A stretch of 40,719 bases of DNA from a virus (taxonomy: Duplodnaviria > Heunggongvirae > Uroviricota > Caudoviricetes). The notes beneath the pieces are model-generated. The model was not told the origin of the DNA. It made no database searches and saw nothing but the letters and a program-made list of their open reading frames with translations. The position numbers and the translations under genes were made by a program. Shown here in pieces: positions 9,514-18,543 of the stretch. The DNA is taken from the IMG/VR virus record IMGVR_UViG_2734482569_000014. One strand, given 5' to 3'. Positions within the stretch are counted from its first letter, which is position 1, and each line of letters begins with the position of its first letter.

Positions 9514-10653
9514 TTAACCAAGAATCAGACAACCATGTGCCGGCTTCACTGATGAAACACCCCATGCCAGTCCAACTTCATAGCGCACCTGGCGATACTG
9601 ACGATACAGTGCAATCTGGAACGTAATCCCTGAAATCGGGTCCGTAACATTCATTACATCATCAGCATTATCGCCACCTTCCGGCATTGCCGGAGTACGG
9701 GATGCCAGCAGAAACGCGTTGCGATCAAACGCCATATTTGCAGTAAAGGCCCCAACAACTGTGATGGCAGTATCATCGGCCAGATCCTGACGCAGTCCGG
9801 GCGCTGCAAGAGTAATCAGATTGCTGGTCGCTGCTGCCACAACATACTGATTCGGATCACCAGCGAACGTAACAATCTGACCTGCAGAAATACTCCCCGA
9901 ACCAGTATCAATGGAAATAAGAACATCGCCTTCTTTTTTCTCTCCATTCACGAGATAACCAGTTGCAGCAACCTTTGGCGCTCGTTTCACACCTGCCGAA
10001 CTGTGAATATTGAATCCCTCCAGACGCCCCAACACGCCCTCACGCAGTAGCTGTTCAGTGCCGGATTCATTCACTTTAAACAATACAGACTGTTTTCCGC
10101 GCAAATTAGCAATGGCAGTGGAGCCAAGCACCATCTGCAGATCGGTTGTCGGTGCGCCGTTATCCTCCAGAACCTGACGAGCCAGAGCAGCATCAGAAAG
10201 ATCATCTTTAACACCAAACGGCGTTGTCCCTGCGGTTCCCACGGCGCGGGAAGCACCGAAATACAACGCACCAAGATCAGCCTCAACCTCGTTTGCAAGG
10301 GCGCGAAAAGCCTGCTTGAACTGATCAGCCAGAATGGTGTTGTAAGTCCCTGAAGGGCCAAGAGCCAGTTGTTCTTCACCATTCCATTTAACCGGTGCCA
10401 TTTTGGATTTAGTAATTTTTACATCAACAGTGCCAATATTTTGATCACCGGTATTCGGAGCTGACGGCCCCGGTACGATATCTTCGGTTTTCGCCTCAGG
10501 CGCAACTGGCGCGGTTACCGTCTGATCTTTTGCTGCGGCGTCAGCTTTTGCGTTTTTTGCTACCGCAGGGATAAAACCTACCTGCTCACGGGATACAACA
10601 TCCAGGGCGGTATAAATAGTCGGGATCAACCCGGTCAGGGTATTTCCAGCCAT
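9514..10653 (-). CDS. Major capsid protein
   Basis: Large ORF after the scaffold gene; likely true start MAGNTLTGLIP at 10653 preceded by AAGGA SD (track ORF extends to 10746 via an upstream start). Confidence 0.8.
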   Translation of the reverse strand: MAGNTLTGLIPTIYTALDVVSREQVGFIPAVAKNAKADAAAKDQTVTAPVAPEAKTEDIVPGPSAPNTGDQNIGTVDVKITKSKMAPVKWNGEEQLALGPSGTYNTILADQFKQAFRALANEVEADLGALYFGASRAVGTAGTTPFGVKDDLSDAALARQVLEDNGAPTTDLQMVLGSTAIANLRGKQSVLFKVNESGTEQLLREGVLGRLEGFNIHSSAGVKRAPKVAATGYLVNGEKKEGDVLISIDTGSGSISAGQIVTFAGDPNQYVVAAATSNLITLAAPGLRQDLADDTAITVVGAFTANMAFDRNAFLLASRTPAMPEGGDNADDVMNVTDPISGITFQIALYRQYRQVRYEVGLAWGVSSVKPAHGCLILG

Positions 10654-10751
10654 AATTAAATATTCCTTAAAAATTTGCGTAATTGTGAATAGATGGAGTA
10701 ATGAGCTATCCAGCCCTGACACCAGCTCCCATCCGGAAGCTGACAAATGTG

Positions 10752-11516
10752 TTAATCAACGATTGTGATACCGTCTTTCAATGCGTTTTGCTTACCTGCA
10801 ACATCCAGTGCATCAAAAGCAGAGCGTTTCATCGTTTTCTGACCAATATCATGCTGTGTCGGACGGGAGCCGCCGCCATTGTTGCCACTGGCTTTCAGGA
10901 TGTAGTCTTTCTGAGGGTAATTTTCGACAAGGAACTCCAGCGCCTCATCAAACTGCGCCAGTTCGCCAGGCTTCGCGCGGGAATAAATTTTGTTGCCGGA
11001 AGCGTCATAAGCAACGATCCTCCCTTCTTCCACTTTGAATGCCTGCCCGAAGCGGGCTTGTAATAAATCTGCCGGGATCGCAATTTTATCGGCAATATAT
11101 TTTGAACCCGCAAAACTACCGCCAATCATAGAATCGTAAAGCTGCTTCTCCAGCATCTGAGAGCGTTGCTTTTCTTCATCTAATTGCTGCTGAAAATTTT
11201 TCGTAATTTCTGCCTTAACCTGGTCAACCTGTCCCGCATCGAGCAGCTTTTTCTGGTCGATTTTTGACAGCATTTCCAGTGCCTCGATCGCCTTCTTCGG
11301 GTCTTCGATAGCGGCAAACTTAGCCAGTTTTTCCTCTGCAGCTTCTTTAGCCAGGCGATGATTTTTTGCCTCGCCATTAAGCTCTGTAATTTTTTTTGTC
11401 GCCAGCGGTGCATCGAAGCCAATTTCTTTACCATCGTCGTGCACATAAACTGGCAGGCCAGCAGTATCAATTTCTGCGTATTGTTTTCCGTTAATCTCGA
11501 CCGTTTTCAGTTTCAT
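10752..11516 (-). CDS. Capsid scaffolding protein
   Basis: Acidic, alanine/lysine-rich helical protein between MuF-like and capsid genes; likely start MKLKTVEING at 11516 because the track start at 11588 would overlap a terminator hairpin. Confidence 0.6.
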   Translation of the reverse strand: MKLKTVEINGKQYAEIDTAGLPVYVHDDGKEIGFDAPLATKKITELNGEAKNHRLAKEAAEEKLAKFAAIEDPKKAIEALEMLSKIDQKKLLDAGQVDQVKAEITKNFQQQLDEEKQRSQMLEKQLYDSMIGGSFAGSKYIADKIAIPADLLQARFGQAFKVEEGRIVAYDASGNKIYSRAKPGELAQFDEALEFLVENYPQKDYILKASGNNGGGSRPTQHDIGQKTMKRSAFDALDVAGKQNALKDGITIVD

Positions 11517-11576
11517 ATTAGTACCTGGTTTAAGTCTTCCGACAGTTACGCTGCTCACCATCCGGATCGCAGCAAT

Positions 11577-11600
11577 AAAAAAGGCCACCCGAAGGTAGCC
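11577..11600 (-). terminator. Strand-specific intrinsic terminator between head-morphogenesis and scaffold genes
   Basis: Minus-strand RNA GGCUACC-UUCG-GGUGGCC followed by UUUUUU; the plus-strand version has a C-A mismatch and a poor U-tract. Confidence 0.55.
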
Positions 11601-11620
11601 TGTTGTAATAAATGATTTAT

Positions 11621-12736
11621 TTAAATCCCTGCTTTTCTGAATACCTGTGCATCACGCTCACGGAGCTGCTTCAGCGTCAGCCATTCGCCTTTATCGGTGT
11701 AAAATTCATCTGGCGACATACCACCATCCCGAATCAGCTTTGCTCGGCTTTCCCCCACAATCTGTTTTTGTCTGGTGTAAGGCTGACGCAAAAACCATTC
11801 CCTGTAGGTTGTATCTCCGGCCACCACGCCATCCATGCTGGCCCGCTCAGCCGGGGAAATATCGCGAACATCAATACCCAGTTCCTTCGCTGATTTCAGA
11901 ATGAACGTTTCCGTTGAGCGGCAGCAGAAATGAATTTTTCCCGGCCCCTGCAAATAAGGCACGCTGTGACCTACAGGTTTATTATTCAGCGTATATTTGA
12001 GGCGATCCCTGATTCGACATTGTGGCGTAGTACGATTATCAAGCGTTGATAACCATTGCTTACCCTTAATCAAATCATTATTCGCGCTGGCAAAACTCTC
12101 ACGGGCAGTAGCAGCAAGATGTCCAACCGCTGTTTTTGCAATGCTGGCCGCATTAGCCCGGCTCATCTGCAATGCACCATCCTGAAATCCCTTACTGACA
12201 TGTCCCCGAATTTTTCTTGCGATCTGCTCATTGGTATCCCCCAGCAAAAAACCCTGACGCACTGTATTTGTTATGCGTCTGAGCCGATCCGCCTCAAGAT
12301 CTGAGGCCCACTCACTGAGCAGTCGTCCCTGGAATGGTCGCGCCATTGCAGCGGCATAAAGTGCATCAGGAGAGATACCAACCAGAGGGTGAACATCAGC
12401 AACAAAATCAGGTAGCATAGAATCAAACAGACTTAACTGATAACCAGCCTCATAAATTGCCAGCTCGTTCAGCTCTCCGGAGAGACTGGTAAACATGCTG
12501 TTAATAGCAGTGCGGTTAACCTCTCTGACGCTCGCCAGAAGTGACTCCAGGCGCTTAACGGTAAAACTACCTGGATCGAGGCTGTCCAGTGCTATCAGCA
12601 GGCGAGCAGTAAGTTCCGCATCGCTGTCATTCAGTATTTTCACCATTCTGGCAGCCACGCCAGTGCTATAGCGGGATATCCAGACTGCATGAGCAATTGA
12701 TTCATCACGCAGCCGTTCATTCACGGTTTGCATCAT
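11621..12736 (-). CDS. Head morphogenesis protein (Mu F-like / SPP1 gp7 family)
   Basis: 371 aa; position after portal; contains TTPQCR...HFCCR-type motif typical of the family as I recall it. Confidence 0.65.
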   Translation of the reverse strand: MMQTVNERLRDESIAHAVWISRYSTGVAARMVKILNDSDAELTARLLIALDSLDPGSFTVKRLESLLASVREVNRTAINSMFTSLSGELNELAIYEAGYQLSLFDSMLPDFVADVHPLVGISPDALYAAAMARPFQGRLLSEWASDLEADRLRRITNTVRQGFLLGDTNEQIARKIRGHVSKGFQDGALQMSRANAASIAKTAVGHLAATARESFASANNDLIKGKQWLSTLDNRTTPQCRIRDRLKYTLNNKPVGHSVPYLQGPGKIHFCCRSTETFILKSAKELGIDVRDISPAERASMDGVVAGDTTYREWFLRQPYTRQKQIVGESRAKLIRDGGMSPDEFYTDKGEWLTLKQLRERDAQVFRKAGI

Positions 12737-14123
12737 TGATTTCCATCAGCATTACACTCTGATTTTTTAATTCATCGATCACTTCCTCTGGACGGGAATC
12801 CTGATCGATAAATTTCAACGCCTGCAACACCCGAACCGCATCAATCTGACGTATATCACCGCCCTGACGCAATGACTGAACAGCCAGCGCGGAGGATGAG
12901 TCAAACACCTGGGCAGATACATCCAGTTCAGTGCGCACATCCACATTGCCACCGCAACTCTCTCCGATCCATTCCGCCATTATCTGGAGAATATTATCGA
13001 GGGCATCTTCGAGGGAGTTCGCCATTGTATAAAGCGGCGAGTTTTCCTGCATTCGCTCTTCATTAGTCTGATCAACAGATTTGGTGGATGTATTTTCAGC
13101 ACGCAGAAGTTTAGCGCCGGCATGACGCATCTGATTTTCCAGCTTCTCAAGTGATGTTTCGCCAGATTCTATCGCTGCGCCACTATGTTCAACATATTCG
13201 AGGCCATTTTTTGTTCTGTCCTCAAAAATCGTAGCGGTGGATGCACCAACCGTCAGTTCTTCATTCCTGTCCAGCCCGTAGGCCACCAGCAATGGAACGC
13301 GGGCAACATGAAGAATATTGTCCTGCTCGCTCTGGCTTTGCCAGTGCTTGATATTCAGCAAGCCAAGATTAAGCAATGGCGGTGTACCACGCATAAATCC
13401 TGTTTTCTTCGTGTACAGTGTTACCAGAGGAATATCATCACGGCTGGTATTCCATGACTCATGAAGCGTCCAGACAGATTCGCCATTAGTGCCTTCGCTA
13501 CGTCGATAAATTTCAACTCGACGGGGCATAATATGGCGGATCTGCTCCACCTTCTTCTGCCCGAAATCATCACCATCAATAATGATGACCTCTTTTATAC
13601 GCAAATCAGTGAGAACAACTTTCCCTTTTTCAACTTTCGATTTCCATCCAATAACCTGGCGTGGATTCAGCATCGTAACGTACGGACGACCACCGGTCGC
13701 GTTTTCATCGGCTTTTGTCCGAATCTCTTTCATATCCGTTCGTGGATAGTCCACCAGCGCATGTGCCACACCATACTGAAATGCGAGGCTGAAAAATTGC
13801 TGCGCCCACACATCCAGTCGGCTCCCCTCCATGTCGATATTTTCTGCATATTCCCTGATTTTTGCCGGCGTTTCCTCACTCAATACTGTCGGCTCTGCAA
13901 ATATGCGCCCAATATTTTGCTTGATGCTTTCTTCATACACAGGAAGTAGCGTAGCCACAGACAGGCGTTTTTTATAAGCGTCTTCATCTTCGTTAGGCCA
14001 TTTTGGGAGATAATTTTCCCCCTGCCTGCGCATTTCAAGCGTACCGCCCATCAGTGCGTCGTTAATATCCCACGCCTCCAGCATATCGTTATAGTCGAGG
14101 TTGGGTGTTGATATATCAGCCAT
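12717..14123 (-). CDS. Portal protein
   Basis: 468 aa ORF directly downstream of terminase large subunit; size and synteny. Confidence 0.8.
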   Translation of the reverse strand: MADISTPNLDYNDMLEAWDINDALMGGTLEMRRQGENYLPKWPNEDEDAYKKRLSVATLLPVYEESIKQNIGRIFAEPTVLSEETPAKIREYAENIDMEGSRLDVWAQQFFSLAFQYGVAHALVDYPRTDMKEIRTKADENATGGRPYVTMLNPRQVIGWKSKVEKGKVVLTDLRIKEVIIIDGDDFGQKKVEQIRHIMPRRVEIYRRSEGTNGESVWTLHESWNTSRDDIPLVTLYTKKTGFMRGTPPLLNLGLLNIKHWQSQSEQDNILHVARVPLLVAYGLDRNEELTVGASTATIFEDRTKNGLEYVEHSGAAIESGETSLEKLENQMRHAGAKLLRAENTSTKSVDQTNEERMQENSPLYTMANSLEDALDNILQIMAEWIGESCGGNVDVRTELDVSAQVFDSSSALAVQSLRQGGDIRQIDAVRVLQALKFIDQDSRPEEVIDELKNQSVMLMEINDANRE

Positions 14124-14125
14124 AA

Positions 14126-15436
14126 TTAAATCCGAAGTGATGTGACTCTTCCGGTCGGTTTGACAATAGGGAATTGCTTAACGATGAAATAACCTCCGGC
14201 ATCATTCGGGTGATCATTGCCAGATTTTTTATCAGGCTCCCCCTTCTCATCCCAGACCTGTTGCTCCAGAGATTCGGCATATAACGGGCAACGCTTCACA
14301 TTAACTTTATAGCGACGCTCACCATTGGCATTGCAGAACATTGCATTCATTGAGTTAACGCGATCTTTTACTGGCGGGTTCGAGCTGTTCACCACAACGT
14401 TAAAACCAGCCTGCTTAAGCTGGGCTATATCCGTCGTACTTGCGTTACTTGATTTTCTGGAATCCCCGGAAGCATCTGGATAAATATAAATTTCCCTCAC
14501 TTTCCGGTAATCATTCCCATCATACAGCCAGAAGCGTTCTTTAATGATGCGGATCATATCCGGCGTATCGTAGGCATTGATGATTTCAGTTACCGCACAT
14601 GGAAGCCCCAAACGCAGCACATGGACGATTCCCGCCATCTTTCCAACGTTAAAATCCATCCCAATATAAATCGGCTCCCCTGGCTGCTCCACTTCTTCGC
14701 AATTATTCAGTTTCCGGTCAAACTGATGGTAAACAGTACCACTTGTCAGGTTAGTAAACTGTCCTCGAAGATAGGCTTTAATCAGCTCTGGAGGGTATGA
14801 TTCAAGAAGCGAAGGAATGTAATCTGCTGGCAGGTTCTTTTCATTATCGAAAGTAGATGCCTGCACCAGACCATACAGTGAGGCCAGCTCTGTTTTTTCA
14901 CGCACGGCTTTAACAAACTGCTCGTAGACAAATTTGAATCCTTCCGGCGTGGTTGTAACGTCAATACCGTTGCGAAGTCCATCAATCTTATAACGCATAC
15001 GTGCAATTATCTTGCGCCACGCCGTTCTGGCTTTTTCCTTCGGCAAAATGTCCAGTTCATCCACCAACGCATTACCAATTTTGAAACCGACGATCGTTTG
15101 TGGCTTCTCCATCGATCTGCAGATAGTGGTTCCCCGATACTGGCGTCCGTAATAAAAGTGAACCTCTTTATTTCCCTCATTAATTTTTACGTTCAATCCC
15201 CAGTCAGCAGCAACTTCTTCCACTGTAGGGTAAAAAATATCGCGAATTTGGGGATACGTTGGCGCAAAATATCCCTGATTTATACCTGGATGCTCCCAAA
15301 TCCCCTTGCATATGCCGCCACACCCAACCCATGTTTTGCCCGAGCCAAAACCAGCAATATAGGCTTTAAATTTATGGGGCATTGAAAGAAATCGCGCCTG
15401 AGGCACATTAAGCGTCGGAGAGATCATCTTCATCAC
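14126..15436 (-). CDS. Terminase large subunit
   Basis: Walker A-like AGFGSGKT near N-terminus; 436 aa; followed by portal. Confidence 0.9.
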   Translation of the reverse strand: MMKMISPTLNVPQARFLSMPHKFKAYIAGFGSGKTWVGCGGICKGIWEHPGINQGYFAPTYPQIRDIFYPTVEEVAADWGLNVKINEGNKEVHFYYGRQYRGTTICRSMEKPQTIVGFKIGNALVDELDILPKEKARTAWRKIIARMRYKIDGLRNGIDVTTTPEGFKFVYEQFVKAVREKTELASLYGLVQASTFDNEKNLPADYIPSLLESYPPELIKAYLRGQFTNLTSGTVYHQFDRKLNNCEEVEQPGEPIYIGMDFNVGKMAGIVHVLRLGLPCAVTEIINAYDTPDMIRIIKERFWLYDGNDYRKVREIYIYPDASGDSRKSSNASTTDIAQLKQAGFNVVVNSSNPPVKDRVNSMNAMFCNANGERRYKVNVKRCPLYAESLEQQVWDEKGEPDKKSGNDHPNDAGGYFIVKQFPIVKPTGRVTSLRI

Positions 15437-16502
15437 TCCTTACTCTGGCATCAACCACATTAATATTGATCGCCACAGGCTGGGGATGTTCATTATCTTC
15501 CACCGTTTCGATCTCTTTGCGCAGCTTCTGGTTTTCCATTCTGCGCCGTTCAATTTCCAGTTCCCGTAGCCGCTTATCTGCACATAAAGCCCCGCCAGCA
15601 GAAAACAAACGCAACAATTCACGCCGGGCGGCAGCCTTATCCTCCAGCAGGATCTCAACGCCGAATTTTCCGAATTTTGCCCCTGCATATAATTGCCGCG
15701 CATCCCCATCAAGCAGAGTGGTATCAGCCATATAAAGCTGTCCCGTTCCCTCACCGCAGCACTTCGGGCAGTCCGGATTGGGTATGGCGTTATCAACAAA
15801 GCCGAGGCCTCCATATTCCGGTTCGGGTTTGCCATCTCTGGAAGCCTGCGCCGCTGCCTTGTCGAATTCTGCTATATCGCGCCACTGGTAGAGATGATTC
15901 TCGCCCCAGCAATAACGGCAGTTAACACGGCGAAATTGTGCAAGCTGATTGGGGTCGGCCAGGACAATAGCCATCAACTGACTCACTAGTAAATCCAGGT
16001 CTGCGGTATAGCGTTTCTGGTACTGATTGCGGAAGTAGCTGATAGCGCGAAAAACCCTGGCATTTCTAAGCATACGACTGGCGTTGCTGTTAGCTGTCGC
16101 ACCTTGCCCCTCATAACCGGCTAGTCGGTACGCCTCTGTCGGCTTTTTACCCTGAGCAACAAGCATCGCAAACTTAGCCTGCTGGTCAGAAATGCCGAAT
16201 TCATCGGGACAGAACGAAAATTCCTCCGCGTCGCCCTCATTCAGGCCCGCATCGAATACTGGCTTTTTTTCCTGAGATTTTTCGTTCCGCTTTTGTGCAG
16301 TCTGCGCAGATTTTTTCTGCGCACTTTTTTGCGCAGTTTTGCACATTTCTGTCTGCGCATTTTTCGGAGTTTTTTTGATGTAACGACGGGCTGTTGCGTA
16401 ATTCAGTCCCCTTGCTTCACACCATGCCACCGGAGATATACCGGAGCGGGTGTATTCAGCAATATACTCCTGCTGCAACGCCCCCCAGTCCGGTCTGCTC
16501 AT
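15408..16502 (-). CDS. Terminase small subunit (Terminase_2-like core with N-terminal HTH and Cys-rich C-terminal region)
   Basis: Segment QQAKFAMLVAQGKKPTEAYRLAGY...ASRMLRNARV resembles the TerS family motif; lysine-rich AQK repeats; overlaps TerL start. Confidence 0.7.
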   Translation of the reverse strand: MSRPDWGALQQEYIAEYTRSGISPVAWCEARGLNYATARRYIKKTPKNAQTEMCKTAQKSAQKKSAQTAQKRNEKSQEKKPVFDAGLNEGDAEEFSFCPDEFGISDQQAKFAMLVAQGKKPTEAYRLAGYEGQGATANSNASRMLRNARVFRAISYFRNQYQKRYTADLDLLVSQLMAIVLADPNQLAQFRRVNCRYCWGENHLYQWRDIAEFDKAAAQASRDGKPEPEYGGLGFVDNAIPNPDCPKCCGEGTGQLYMADTTLLDGDARQLYAGAKFGKFGVEILLEDKAAARRELLRLFSAGGALCADKRLRELEIERRRMENQKLRKEIETVEDNEHPQPVAININVVDARVRSDEDDLSDA

Positions 16503-16505
16503 CAG

Positions 16506-16757
16506 TTAGTCCTGATTTTTATCCACCCTGAGTAGTTCGCGCAGAGCAAAGGCATCCCCTTTTCTGGCAAGCTTAAACAATGCCGCTCGTAACTCGGCTT
16601 CACCTTTCGCTCTGCCCTTACGGATGGCCGCATAAAAATCTGTCATTGCTTCCCGATTTTCTTTCAGTCGGTTCAGATCAACATCCAGAACGTCAGCGAT
16701 TTGTTGTGCAGTCATCCGGCACGCTGCCAGAGACTCGACTTTCGAATACGGAATCAT
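16506..16757 (-). CDS. Small HTH-type DNA-binding protein, function unknown
   Basis: 83 aa; segment MTAQQIADVLDVDLNRLKENR looks like a helix-turn-helix; immediately upstream of TerS. Confidence 0.35.
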   Translation of the reverse strand: MIPYSKVESLAACRMTAQQIADVLDVDLNRLKENREAMTDFYAAIRKGRAKGEAELRAALFKLARKGDAFALRELLRVDKNQD

Positions 16758-17643
16758 TTGTCACCCCCATTGATATGCAGGGTGTCTTCTTCCTGTATTT
16801 TTCGTGAAGGATTTTTACTGCAGCGTTGTTCCAGGTGACCTGATGGTGAATGCGTTTATGACTGGCACCCATAAGTGAGATTTTTACGCACGACGGCGCA
16901 TACATGACGGAGTAAAAACTTTTAACGTAGGTTCCGGAATCCAGATACAGCTCGGTCATTCCGCCGCTGTTTTTCTGCGTCTGTTTCTGCCCTAACTGGA
17001 CAGCACCGATCGTCATAAACAATTCACCACAGCGACCGAGATTCGTGTACGTATTCACATCCTCGTTAATGCGCCCCATGAATGAGAACGGTCGATCAAC
17101 CGAACAGATAAAGCTGTTCATTGCCTTGCGTTTCACCCACGAAGCATGGCCGCCATTGTCACCAAGAAAATCCCCGCCCTGCGACATAGCGATGGAAAGA
17201 GCAGGTATTGATTCGTAGTACGCAAGCATTTCAGAAAGGATCTCATCCAGTTTCCTTATCGGGAAATAGGCCTGGTCATAGTTGCGATCCACCCGAAACT
17301 GGAACTCGTGATAATCATCATCGAGCTGAATGAAGTATTTACACCCGACCAGTTTTGCCTGGTCGAAACAGGCATTACGGGCGTAAAAAATTGAGCGGCG
17401 GTCACTAAAATTATCGGCTTCGTCAAAACGACTAGCAATATCGGCTTTGGAAAATACCAGCACCTGTTCACCAAATTCAGCCATGTACTGATGCCGTGTC
17501 TTATCTTCATCATCAACAACGATAAAAATTTTCCCGGTATAGCCAGCACGACGCAACGTCCGGTAAGTCAGAACTTTGTCCGGTCGCCCGTGAGTCAGAA
17601 TAAAGGCGCAAAAATCATCACGCATATTCCTCCTCCCCGCCAT
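16693..17643 (-). CDS. YdaY-like protein; putative GT-A-fold (DxD-motif) transferase
   Basis: 316 aa; motifs KIFIVVDDEDK and ARNACFDQAKLVGCKYFIQLDDD resemble family-2 glycosyltransferase signatures by eye; no TM segment; corresponds by position to the Rac ydaY locus. Confidence 0.35.
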   Translation of the reverse strand: MAGRRNMRDDFCAFILTHGRPDKVLTYRTLRRAGYTGKIFIVVDDEDKTRHQYMAEFGEQVLVFSKADIASRFDEADNFSDRRSIFYARNACFDQAKLVGCKYFIQLDDDYHEFQFRVDRNYDQAYFPIRKLDEILSEMLAYYESIPALSIAMSQGGDFLGDNGGHASWVKRKAMNSFICSVDRPFSFMGRINEDVNTYTNLGRCGELFMTIGAVQLGQKQTQKNSGGMTELYLDSGTYVKSFYSVMYAPSCVKISLMGASHKRIHHQVTWNNAAVKILHEKYRKKTPCISMGVTNDSVFESRVSGSVPDDCTTNR

Positions 17644-18406
17644 GCATGATCTCCACCATGCGCTGCGTCATTCGGACAAATCCATTTTCAATAGCCTGCT
17701 GATAATCAATGATCACCAGCGCCGACTCCTCGAAAAGGCACTGAATTTCAGCGGGGGCATGAGCGTAATAGTCCGCAATTCTGCTGAAATTAAACACCGT
17801 GTGACGTTCTGCTGCACACAGGAGGAATTTCTCAATATCAGGATCAAGGGACGCCGAACGTATCCGGCTGATCAGCTCCTGAGTTTTCGTATCGTCGTAC
17901 AGTTCACTGATATCCGGTTTACCGCCTGACGGCTCATAAACAGGCGTATCAATTTTCGTCGTATACGGCTCCTCCTCATTTCCTGTACCGGGCAAAACAT
18001 CCGTCAACAGTTCATCAATTTCTGCCGGGATGAAGCCTGTCAGGGAGACATCAAAATCAGCATTGATTAGGTCCGACAGCTCCATCCGCAACAGATCTTC
18101 ATCCCAGCCAGCATTCATCGGCAGGCGATTATCTGCCAGGCGGTACGCCTTTTTCTGCTCATCCGTCAGGCCAGACAGAACAATGACCGGAACAGAATCC
18201 ATTTTGAGCATTTCAGCCGCCATAACACGACCGTGACCCGCAATAATTTCGCCCTTTTCGTCAATCAGCACCGGATTAGTCCAGCCGAATTGCTTAATAC
18301 TTTCTACCAGTTGTGCCACCTGCTCAGTACTGTGCGTCCTGGCGTTGTGCGCATACGGTGACAATTCTTGTAATGGGCGATAGACTATCTTTAATTTCTC
18401 GCTCAT
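17618..18406 (-). CDS. ParB-like nuclease-domain protein (YnaK-like)
   Basis: N-terminus VYRPLQELSPYAHNARTHS...NPVLIDEKGEIIAGHGRVMAA resembles the ParB/Srx N-terminal domain; sits between trkG and terminase genes as ynaK does in Rac. Confidence 0.65.
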   Translation of the reverse strand: MSEKLKIVYRPLQELSPYAHNARTHSTEQVAQLVESIKQFGWTNPVLIDEKGEIIAGHGRVMAAEMLKMDSVPVIVLSGLTDEQKKAYRLADNRLPMNAGWDEDLLRMELSDLINADFDVSLTGFIPAEIDELLTDVLPGTGNEEEPYTTKIDTPVYEPSGGKPDISELYDDTKTQELISRIRSASLDPDIEKFLLCAAERHTVFNFSRIADYYAHAPAEIQCLFEESALVIIDYQQAIENGFVRMTQRMVEIMHGGEEEYA

Positions 18407-18543
18407 ACAGCCTTGCTTTATGAATAAAACGCACCCCAGCAGCCAGTGCTACTGGGGGCGGAGGTGTTGCTGGTAAAGTTAGGTATTGGATCAATGAGTG
18501 AGTCAACATAATATTAAACTCACAATTATAAATCAGCCATATA

